Both the position numbers and the translations under genes were made by a program. From positions 1-61,942 of the forward strand of contig JAAILG010001781.1 in NCBI GenBank assembly GCA_012026655.1: 61,942 bases of DNA, given 5' to 3'. A model generated the notes under the pieces. It was not told the DNA's origin, ran no database searches, and saw nothing but the letters and a program-made list of their open reading frames with translations. Below are positions 51,577-61,942 of this stretch, in pieces; position 1 is the first letter of the stretch; every line of letters begins with the position of its first letter. The stretch comes from Hydrolagus affinis. Taxonomy: Eukaryota.

Positions 51577-51882
51577 CACAAACAGTTAATTGCGACCCAG
51601 TTCCATTAACCGCTCTATTACCCGGAATGACCAGGCTACAGTAATAGATCCCAGAGACCTGGATGTCTGCAGCCAGGAGATTGAAGAAGGCGCTTCTTGA
51701 ACCATTGACACCAAATTGTTTCGTTTGATCCTCTCTGAGGAATCCATTCTCTCCCAGCTTCCACCAGTGAACTCTCACACTCCTGGTGACAGGGAAGCCA
51801 CAGGAGAACGTCGCCTTCTCACCTCTGTTGACAATGATATGATCCGGTTGCTGTGTCACTGTGAACACTGTACAGTCAGCAG
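51577..51882 (-). CDS. R4 exon 2, VJ-type V domain
   Basis: ctgacag|CT...TGTG|GTAAGT, 306 nt; 6 nt differences from the R1 V exon. Confidence 0.93.
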
Positions 51883-52040
51883 CTGTCAGAAATAAATTCA
51901 AACGTTGTTTTAAAACAAAATACAACGAAATACACACAGAGCAAGTTAGAGATGCTCTTGGCATATTCATGGATATAAATAAAATGGGAACTTCATCCTT
52001 ATTCTGTTTCCGAAAACTGATATATTGAATAATCACAAAC

Positions 52041-52098
52041 CTTTAGAAATGATCCACACTGTGAGAGACAGACACTGAAACACAACACTCGCCAACAT
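52041..52098 (-). CDS. R4 exon 1, signal peptide (MLASVVFQCLSLTVWIISK)
   Basis: ATG at 52098, donor AAAG|GTTTGT, 58 nt, phase 1. Confidence 0.85.
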
Positions 52099-54679
52099 CC
52101 TGATCTGTGACTGAGACTAACCCTAAAGCTGTGGCTGGTCTGTGACCAGGGGTTGGAGTTGATTGAGATGAGATGTGAGAGTGATGTTTGAATTCCTGAC
52201 CCTGTGGGCGCAGTTGGGGCTATATTTTTAAAAAGCGTTTCGAGACTTTCGCCTTATGTGAGATACACTATATCAGTGAGACCCTATGAGAAGACAATTT
52301 GCCATTTGCTCACATGGCTGGAGAGCCAACCTTGTCTATTAGTTGTTGAGAGCTCGTTTCTCTAACACTTGGGATCATTATCGTTGCTTTTCTCTCCTTC
52401 CTCCTGAACTGGCTTCAGGGAATCTCCTAAATTACTGTGACCAAAACTCTCCCCATCCCACTAGTCCTTGTCAGACTCCACTGGTTCCCTGTCACAAATT
52501 ACACTCGTCTACAAAACACTGCCTGCCCTCCTTTCCAATGGCGTCAGCACAGTTTTCATGAACTCCACCCTGACACTGTGGAAGGCTGTCCCTCGTTCCC
52601 CCCACATTACCCCCCACTCCTTCCTCATTTTCATGTGATGTTGGAAAATCTTCAATTTTGAGCGTACTTTCCATCACCTCTCCCCCACCCCCGTCACAGG
52701 GCGACAGGCACCGCTACTGTTAGGCTCTCAGAGAGTCTCAACCGTGTGAAGGACGCTGTATACATGTTGTTGTTTCATTCTATAATGGTATGAGCGAATG
52801 CTTCATTTTAGTCTTCAATTTAACTGTAAAAAAAAATCTTCCATGTCGACAAATGTCAATGAAACCAACCATTTGTAACTAGAAGAGAAGCCATTAAATA
52901 GTTCTCAAGAAAATCAGGCTGACATTGACATAGTTCAGCTTGATGGTGAAGCTCCCAGCTCAAGGCGTTTAATGCAACATGTGCCCGAGTCCATTACATT
53001 TGACTAATTCCAGAACAGAAGGTTCCGTGGATTCCATGGATTTGATTTCCAATTGATGTAAATATCTGTGCACGAGATATTGTTTTGAATGACAATGTTG
53101 AATCAGCTTGAAAGTACATTCGATAACTTATCAGCAATGCGTTTTAAGTCGCTTCCATTTCGCAAAGACACTCGGTCAAAAGGACCAGTACTTAGTGTCA
53201 GCTTGTCTCAGCATTCTGCCCGCCAAGTCACAAGGTTATGGGTTCAATCTTGACCAGAGTAGTTTAGGAAATTCCAGTAGTTACGGTGCTATCCTTAGAG
53301 TGAAACCCGTGATCAGGTTTGCCTTTAGGGTAAAATCTCCTACATGGATATTGGAAAACAGAAATAATTATCTCCCAGTTTCCATGCCAAACATTCCGGA
53401 TAAATGATATCGATCATTTATTTCATGACTGATTGTTGGATATTGTTGTGAAAAATTGACTGCAGAGTTCTCCTACCGTAAAGTATCATTACATTAAATA
53501 ATGAGAAATGCCTTTGCCCGGTTTCAAAGCTTGATAAGAAGTTTCTCAAATGGGGGAGATTATGATTATTACTATTCACGGTCTTCACCAACCGGTGAAG
53601 CCTTGTATTAATGCTGCACTGAAATATATTTGCAGATGACATGATACCCTGATATTTTCTGTAGTTTGTCTCACTCTACAGTTCATTTATTAAAGCGAAG
53701 AAAACATATATCCGAGTGGATCTCTCATACACATACATAAGGTGACGCCGAAAAGCTTCCGATGAGAAAAGGCTGAAGACCTAACTAACCATAAACGCAA
53801 CCATTTCAGCATCACTATTCAGCTTGAGTGGTTTTTGTAATCGGAAATGCTGTTTTGAGAATCAAGGTATAGAAAGATAGAAGTAAAGAAATAATGAAAC
53901 AAAGTAATACAGAAACACAGAAACCAGACCCAGCTATTCAGTTCCTTGAGCCTGTTCTGCCATTTTATAAGATCATGGTTGATCAGTACCTCAAGTCCAG
54001 TTACTCTCACACCCCCACCACTTCTCACCCATTGCCCCATATCCCTTAATACCCTGACCTAATAAACGTCTATCTTCCTCTATTTTGAAAATGTGAATGG
54101 ATCCAGGATCCACAGCCTATTGGGGGGAGAGTCCCAGACTTCCAGTAGCTTTTGGGTGAAAAACTGCTTCCTAAATTCACTAGTAAATGGCCTAGCTTGA
54201 ACACAAAAATAAGCAACAACAAAATAGCAACAAAATTACGTTTCTGTAGCACCTTTCACATCGGGAGAATGAAGCCATCCTGTTCTGGATTATCCTTCTG
54301 CAGGAAATAGTTTCACTGTATCTACCCTCTCATAAAATCATACAAATATATAGCACCGAGGCAGGATAATTCAGCCCATTGGGTCTGTGCTCACTCTTCG
54401 AAAATAACTTTGCAAATCAATCACACATCCTCACTCCCTTCCCACAGGCCTACAAATGTGTCCCCACAAATAGTTATCTACTTCTTTCTTAAAAGTTGTT
54501 ATCAGGCTTGATTCTGCCAACACCATCCTTGTCAGCCTCCCAAACTCCTCCTCACATAGGCTGCAGAACACCCAGTTCTCTTCCCTTATTGTCATTCCAA
54601 CCCCACTCCCACTCCACCCCCCCCCCTCACACACCCCTGCCCCCCGACCCCCACCAACTCCACCAAAACAACAACAACA

Positions 54680-55920
54680 ACAACTTTGATTTATATAGCT
54701 CCCTCCACACTGGACGGCATCTCAGAGCGCTTCACAATAGCAGATCCCAGGACTGAGCCAGGGGCAGGGGTAGAAAGGTAACCAAAGGCACAGTCGAAGA
54801 GAAAGGTCTTCAGCTGGGAACTGAAACTGAGAAAGGAGTGGGCAAGACGAAGGTAGTGAGGAAGGGAATTCCAGAGTCTCGGGGCATAGTGGCTGAAGGC
54901 CCAGCCGCCAAGGGTGGAGCAGAGGATTCAAGGGACATGGAGGAGGCCAGACCCAGTGGAGCGAAGGCAATGGGAGCTGGTTTGAAAAGAGAAGAGGTCA
55001 GAGAGGTAGGGGGGTGCAGAGGAGTGGAGGGATTTAAAACAAGGGTGAGGATCTTGAAGTCGATCCTCTTGGGGACAGGGAGCCAATGAAGTCTGGTAAG
55101 GACTGGGGTAATGGAGGAGTGAAGTTTGGTGCGGGTGAGTATGTGGGCGGCAGAGTTTTGGATGAGTTGTATTTTATGGATTGTGGTGGTGGGGAGACCG
55201 GCGAGGAGGGCATTTGAATAGTCCAGCCTTGAGGTGACGTAGGCATGGACCAAGGTTTCAGCGGCTTTTGGGGTGAGATATTGCCGGAGACAAGCAATCC
55301 ATCGGAGGGTGGAAGAAGGCGGTGCTGTGAGGGACCGAATGTGGGGGAGGAAGGACAGTTGGGGGTCGAACCTGATGCCAAGGTTGCGCACAGGTTCAGA
55401 GAGTTTCAGGGGGAGACCAGGAAGGTCTAAACTCCAACACAATTCCGCAATCCTATCAACCCCACTCTTGCCCGATTCCACTGGCTTCCCATCACCCAGA
55501 GGAATCAATTCAACATCCTAGTGCTCAAATTCAAAATCCTCCATGGTCTCACCCCACGCTTCATCTGCAACCTCCTAACCCCCTGCCAACCTCCCCACTC
55601 CTCTGCTCAGCAGGCTCTGGCTTGCTCCATAACTCCATAAATCCCAACCCACTTGCCCCACCATTGGCGGTTGAGCCTTCAGTCACTCTGTCCTACTCTC
55701 TGGAATTCCATCCCGCTCTCCCTACACCTCATCTTCTCTCTAGCCTCCTTCAAGTCCTCCATCAAGACCCTGCACTTCGAGAATGCCATCAGTCAACCCA
55801 AATCCGTCCCTTTCCCTCCAACCTCCACTTCACCGACCCCCAGCTCGGGTTTGAACCAATTTGACTGTCCAGCACCTTGGGATGACATGAAAGGCTCTTT
55901 TCAAGTGCAATTTTGCTGTG
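54680..55920. mobile_element. Two L2 fragments pointing away from each other (minus about 54680-55440, plus about 55440-55920)
   Basis: ORF 54810..55508 contains AETLVHAYVTSRLDYSNALL and HWLPVPKRIDFKIL. Confidence 0.85.
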
Positions 55921-57070
55921 GTTATCCATTATTTATTTTATAAATATATAGGGGTTCGAATTTCATGTGTAGTGAGCCAGGACAAAGAAGATGTGCAGAA
56001 AGGTAACCTCTATGTTGTTACATAAACGATGCAATATGGTGCACCAATATGGTGTCTGTAGTCATTAACAACTCTTTGAGAAGCAATTAATAGAAAAGCC
56101 GCTAATGTATAGAAAATGTTGAAATCAATTGTGCTCTGTGTTTAATCTGAGTGAATGAATCACTGACACTGGAATTATTTACCTGTATTGACATTTTCAG
56201 ATATAGCAGAATGAATAGAAATTTAGCATTTAGTTGTTTCATGTTTGTTTGTTTTTTTAGTGGTTCAATAGCATTTGAACTGTTCAACGCCCATGCCATG
56301 ACTTTTTCACTGTGTTGTATGAATTTCGCCATACTTCATTGATTCTCTTTTAAGATAGCGCATACCAACTTTTTTTTAAAGAATGCTGAAAACACAGAGT
56401 GATTAGGCAAGACATATTCATGCAATCTATGTTTATATTTTATTGAAAGGTTGTTGGAATATGTTGCACAAAACAGAACTTCCTAACTTTTATATTCATG
56501 TTTTGGTATAATAGTAGTTAAACACCCAATTTGAAGGGAAGTATTTATCATTCAATAACAACAAAATAGGATATACATCAAAAGATGTACATTTCATGCC
56601 TCAGTTCTGATTGAGCAGAGGTCTCAGAATGTAATATTGTTAAGGACAATTTAATAGAGTAAGAGACGAAGGAGTAAATTCATAGAATGACATATAAAGT
56701 TACTGGAATCTTATGGCACAAAAGGAGGCCATTCGGCTATTTGAGTCTGCCAGCACTTTAAAATGTGCAATTCAATCCCGCTCCCCAGCTCTCTCTCCAT
56801 AACCGCGAACACCCATCCTCTCCATATTAATGTCTACCTCTCTTGTAAACTTCAACGTCATTGTATTAATATTTCAATGCAATATTCTGCTTAATACAAC
56901 TTTAATTTTCTGCATCAATAAATGTATATATATATTTTGGGTTACAATTTAGGTAATACCAATTGTGTTTCGGAAATTACCAGCGGATAAACGAATTCAA
57001 ATACAATTTCCAATAACGAGATGTTTAAAAAACAACGAAAGACAAAAAGATAAGTAGGCATCATGCCATC

Positions 57071-57278
57071 TAAAATACTACAGATGTTAGAAATCTGAAA
57101 ACAAAAACAGAAATCGCTGGGAACACTCAGCGGGTCAGCCAGCATCTATAGAGAAAGGAAAAGCGATTCAACGTTTCAGATCTGAGTTCTGACAAAGGGT
57201 CCTGAACGAGAAACGGTGACTCACATTTCCTTCCTGCAACAATGCTGCCTGACCTGCTGAGTGTTCCCAGCGATTTAT
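57071..57278. mobile_element. Palindromic MITE-like repeat; partial copies at about 1260, 15100, 20990, 34705, 40066 and 49100
   Basis: 35-nt inverted arms (57111-57145 and 57242-57276, 2 mismatches); flanking 11-nt direct repeat. Confidence 0.75.
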
Positions 57279-57606
57279 ATCCTACCATCCAATCCTGTGT
57301 TGGGTTCAGAAACGGTGTAATTGTCAACCTCTGGATTCGTAAGGCTGACATGAGATGCCAGACAGGTATAAACAACCCCGATCTCTGGAGGCTGAGTCTC
57401 TTCCATAGAGCTGGAAACGTTGTGAAGCCCATTTGAATGATTGTTTTTCCGGAAATTAATCCCAGTTTTAATTTCATTCCCATCTTTAAACCACGTGAGC
57501 GTTAAATCCCCCGGGAAAAACGCAGCAGTTTCACACACAAGAGTCAGAGAATTTGATGAATCTCTTTCAGGATCTCTGGGGAATATCTTCAGCGGAGTCG
57601 GGGGCA
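57275..57606 (-). CDS. R5 exon 3, C1-set domain, probably terminal (...NTGLDGRI*)
   Basis: cctccag|TG, 321 nt to the GTAGGA donor at 57285. Read-through stops at TAA 57275-57277. No TM exon was found downstream. Confidence 0.85.
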
Positions 57607-59282
57607 CTGGAGGACAGAGAAAGGAGCAGAATCGTGTTACTTCTAATCAGTTGAAATATAAAACGTTATTCTAATTTGAATTGTATAATAATTATTTGCT
57701 TGGAACATTATAATCTGGTCTGTAATGCCACGAATGTGAACCCTTCTTATCACATGAATATTGTGAAGGTGTGAAATCTAGTCGCACGAGTGGCCATAGA
57801 TTCAGAATTAAGTGGAATATTTTAAAGGAAGACAGTACAGTTGTAAAGAATGTGGAGATCGGTGAAGAAATTTGAGTAAACGTTCTGCCACCATTCCAGA
57901 GCGACAACAACCCACATTTATATAGCGCCTTCAGGTAGGATAGTAACGTTAGATGCAGATTTGAATAGAGATTTTGCCATCAATAGAGAAATAAGTAAAA
58001 TATCCCAACATTCTCACCAACATTAATATACCTCTACTGTATTTCTATAACATTTCAACTAATTTACAAGAGGTACAGCAGGTTTCTTCGAAACCGTTTT
58101 CTGGCTGTTTGTGGGATATTGTTGTGGGTGGGTGAACTGTTCCGGTTTTGTAAAATGTTAACTTCTGCCTTGAATATTAATAATAATAATAATCCTTGCA
58201 TTTGATATAGCATTCTACATGTTCATAACATATCTAAAATCGCTGCACATGATACACTGTGAACTGGATTGATTGTGCACTTGTGTGCAAGATACGAGCA
58301 ATCTTGCACACAATCTTGCTCTGAGGAGCAATCTTCATCACAATAACAATGCTTATCTTCGAGCTCTTCACAGTGAGAGAACCGCCTCAAAGCATTTAAT
58401 TGGATTCACTGTAAAGTACGGTGAGTTTGTATTTCTGTATGAGATCAGAACACAGCAGCCAGTTCTCCACACAGCAATGTACCACCAACAGTCATGAAGT
58501 GAATGAGAACATTTCTCTGGGAAACTCATTAGCCAGAACACACCGAGGAAGAATCTCTCTTCCCTTGTTGAATAGTACAGCGGGATCTTTAATATTCACC
58601 TGAACAAGCAAAGGGGACCCGAGTTTAACGTCTCCCCCAGTGTGGAAGCCACAGAGCGCTCCTCAGCATCGCAGTGAATTGGGACCAACCAGGGACAATC
58701 TGAATAAATGCCATCAGGATTGAATACATATCAGCTAGAGCAGTGATGATAATAATAATAATAATCCTTGCATTTGGTATAGCGCATTTCTCGTCTTCTA
58801 GACGTTTCAAAGCGCTTCACCGAATATACTGTAAACTGAATTTACTGTATATATGTGGGTGAAACGCAGCAGTGAATTGCACACAGCAGCGTCTAACAAC
58901 CAGCTGTGGATTGAAATGACCAATTTATTATTGTTTTTATTATTATTAGGTGCGCGGAGAAAGGAAACTTGTCTATTGATTCGTCCTGCCAAGAATTGAA
59001 CCCAGGATTCTCGTGTGTAGCATGAGTGCTCTAGCCACTGAGCTCCTGGACTCCAGACTAAAGTTCTCGTCACAGTGGTATGGAGCGACATACACGTTTG
59101 AAAGCCTTGCATAGCGCAATTATGGAGCAAATCAACTTCCCACTTTGTTGTGTGTCATAAATTTGCCGGCTCAAATCGTTACAATAAGAAAGGGCAAAAC
59201 TTAATCATTTACCTTATCGATTCCAAAATACAGCAATGCATCACCTATGAACATTCTATGGAACTAATGTATTCACACTTAC

Positions 59283-59588
59283 CTTGTACAATTAAACGTG
59301 AACCAGATCCATTTACTGCTACTTTCCCGTGATGGATCACTGCACAGACATAGACCCCTGAGTCTTGGAAAGTCACATTTAGCAGCTGGAATGTGCTGGT
59401 AGGAAATGTTTTCTTGTTATCAGGTTTTGTGGGCAAGTATTCACTCTCTCCTTGTTTCCACCAGTGAAATGATATATCTGAAATTGCTTGATTATTGTAA
59501 ATCTTGCAGCAGAATTTAACGTTTCCACCTTGTAATACTGTCTGTTTTGGAGGATATTGAATCACATTCACCGATGTATCAGCAGCAA
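59283..59588 (-). CDS. R5 exon 2, VJ-type V domain
   Basis: cttaacag|TT...CAAG|GTAAGT, 306 nt. Contains FCC...HWWK...DSGVYVC and NGSGSRLIV. Confidence 0.92.
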
Positions 59589-59781
59589 CTGTTAAGAAAT
59601 GAATTAACCTATAATTAGTGATTATCGAGAGGACGAAGCGCAATAAACTAAATAGAGAGAGGGAGAGAAAAGTGGGAGGAAGTTAGAGGGAAAGAACGAC
59701 GGACGAATTCACTGTACACATCTTGAAGCTCCTTATCTATATTGTTTTGTATAGAAACTGTGCTGTAGTAAAATGACAGAC

Positions 59782-59836
59782 CTGAGGCTACAATCCCAAA
59801 CAGAGAAAGATAGAGGATCACATCACTGGCCATCAT
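59782..59836 (-). CDS. R5 exon 1, signal peptide (MMASDVILYLSLFGIVAS)
   Basis: ATG at 59836, donor TCAG|GTCTGT, 55 nt, phase 1. Confidence 0.75.
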
Positions 59837-59907
59837 TGTGAGCAGTTGTTGACGCTCACACTGAACCAGTCACTGTAATAAACTGTTACTGATAGTTTAA
59901 TATGAAA

Positions 59908-59934
59908 GATTTCGCAATGTCGTTTGACTTCCTG
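59908..59934 (-). promoter_or_regulatory. R5 proximal promoter: ETS (59926-59934) and C/EBP-like TTTCGCAAT
   Basis: Aligned with the R3 promoter. Confidence 0.5.
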
Positions 59935-61679
59935 TTTTCGTGATTCAGAGATGCGGTAGATGCGATTGACAAAGAAACTTGTGGTTTTCAATAGAAAACT
60001 CCTCAGATCCGCAGGAAAATAGAGGGTTGAATATTGCTATTAACCTTTTTGCATATTGCAGTATTTCTTACTTTTCATGGAAAACATTTACGTTTATAAT
60101 AAGTAACCGTATGAGAATACAACTGACATACAGATCTATGGAAACGGTGTTCTATTCAGTTCAATAATAATATTAATCATTGCATTAATATAGCGACTTA
60201 CCACATCATGGGGATGTTTCAAAACCCGTCATAGAAAATAAAGTACAACAACAACAACAAATTCACTGTACATGTTGTGGTGGAAACCGGAATAAGACAA
60301 AGGCTAGTTTGTTTTAACCTAAAACTGATGGCTTTAAAAATGTTTTGTATCACCTTTTGGCGCCCCCAGGAGAATATGACAAGACCAGTGAAAGGACAAC
60401 AGTGCGTGAAATGATCTTTAACACAAACACAAAGATTGGTTCATTTAAAGTTATGTTTTAAAGCAAAATCCTTTGATGACTCGCTTATCACACATCGAAA
60501 CGTAGTGGCTGAAAGCGTTTCTCAGTATTTAATGTACTGACAGGAGGAGAACAATACACTTTAGTACAGCAATGTACCCACAATCAGACATTAAATAGAT
60601 TACCAAATTTACCAAGAAAAGTTTGCCGACAACACCAACAGAAAATATATTCTGTTTTCCAGCGGAGATGTAGGATATTTTATACCCTGTCTCGGGTATC
60701 AGTTTCACTCGAAAGATTGTATACGCACATTAGGTCATGTTCTTGAAATATACTCGTCAAGATTGAACCCCAAATACTCTGAATTAGCAGCCAGAATGCT
60801 GAGACAAGTTGACACTTATTGCTCATGCTAGCATTTGACCTGGTGCCTTCATGAAATGAAAACGTCTTAAAACTCATTGCTGATAAGCTATTGACGGTGA
60901 CTGCAAGCGAGACCGGTAGAGAAAAATCACAGTCGAATCAACAGTATAATTGTTTTAAAAAATTGAGTGCAAAGATTTTTACATGAATTGGAAAGCAATC
61001 CCCAAATACACAGATTAAAATAGTCGCTCTATTCTGCAACCAGCCGAATGTGATGCAATCAGGCATAGGTCGCGACTTGACAATGTCAGGAACATTTACT
61101 TTAGAACCACTTGATGGCATCACTTCTAACTACCGATGATGTCAGTTATTCACAGTTATCTCTCTGAAAGTTGCTCTCTGCAATTCATTTGAAGACTCGG
61201 TTCAAACCTGCACTGATACCGTTATGCAGTGAAACAACAATCATTTGATTTCTGCAGCGCCCGTCACAAGGATTGGGTAAAAGCGTGGCCACCGATGTAG
61301 GAAATGAGAGGACATGAAACACACCGGAGCCGGGAGCCAACGAGCAGTGGCTGCGGGTAGCGGGGGGTGAGCTGGGCGGGGAGATGGGGACTGATGGTCA
61401 GGACATGCAGGGTTAGTGCAACAACAACAACAACGACGACGACGAACGCCTTTCACGTCCGGAGGACGAGGATCTTGATGTCGATCCGTTGTGTCCTCAG
61501 TACCAGTGGAGCCTGGCAAGGGTTGGTGGGAGGTAGGGAACGTCGATATGGAAATTTTCCCGATTAAATATATCGATGGGCTCATATCGAGATGTACTGA
61601 AATATCGATTTTTTCGTACTGTGCATGCGCGCGCATTCGGGGTGCGCGCGCATTCGGGGCCTATCTTCTCAGGAGGTAA

Positions 61680-61942
61680 ATATTTTTCTCTCTCTGTGTC
61701 TCTCACCCTCTCCATCTCTGTGTTTTTCTGTCTGTGTGTCTCTCTCCCTCTCTTCCTCTCTCCTCTCTCACATCCCCCTCATCTCTATCTATCTGTATAT
61801 TATCACATCCACCCCGTCTCTCCCCCCCACCCCGCACTCCCCCCGCCGTCCCTCTCTCGCACTCCCCACCCCTGTCGTCTGTCTCCCCCTCCCCCCAGCC
61901 GTCTCTTTCTCCCTCCCCCAACCCCCCGCCGTCTCTCTCCCC
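61680..61942 (+). repeat. CT/C-rich low-complexity tract
   Basis: Read directly. Confidence 0.9.

Noticed and set aside
54810-55508. 232-aa ORF as a host gene, and similar ORFs near 274, 5574, 24807 and 26450
   Set aside because: These are L2 reverse-transcriptase remnants with frameshifts and 3' tails.
12428-59588. Rearranging TCR or Ig locus
   Set aside because: V and J-like strand are in one exon ending at a splice donor. I found no heptamer-12/23-nonamer RSS beside any V. The GGTTTTTGT near 53830 has no correctly spaced heptamer.
1-61942. Prokaryotic features (CRISPR, operons, rRNA)
   Set aside because: The window has spliceosomal gene structure and vertebrate retroelements throughout, and no repeat-spacer arrays.

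Overview
Repeat-rich vertebrate genomic DNA. It is probably from a cartilaginous fish, inferred from the CR1 and L2 tails, Deu-domain SINEs and a palindromic MITE-like repeat. The window holds a tandem cluster of minus-strand immunoglobulin-superfamily receptor genes. Each is built as leader, germline-joined VJ-type V exon, C1-set exon and a variable 3' end. Exons were mapped by hand from splice sites, phase and paralog alignment, and the names are mine. R1 (7.0-12.9 kb) has a neutral TM and an ITIM tail. R3 (27.0-33.7 kb) has a TM containing Glu and an ITIM/ITSM tail, with one tail exon frameshifted. R4 (49.7-52.1 kb) has a V domain about 98% identical to R1 but an unrelated Arg-containing TM and a short tail, so it is of activating type. 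R5 (57.3-59.8 kb) has an R3-like V domain, has lost its TM and tail exons, and is possibly secreted. Two decayed copies (R0 near 2 kb, R2 near 15.6-16.4 kb) keep only a C1 exon. Together the cluster looks like a paired inhibitory/activating/soluble non-rearranging VJ-C1 receptor system resembling SIRP, NKp30 and PRARP-type genes. I cannot assign an ortholog or confirm novelty without database searches, and none of the gene models has transcript support here. Most ORFs in the supplied track are spurious or LINE/SINE-derived.
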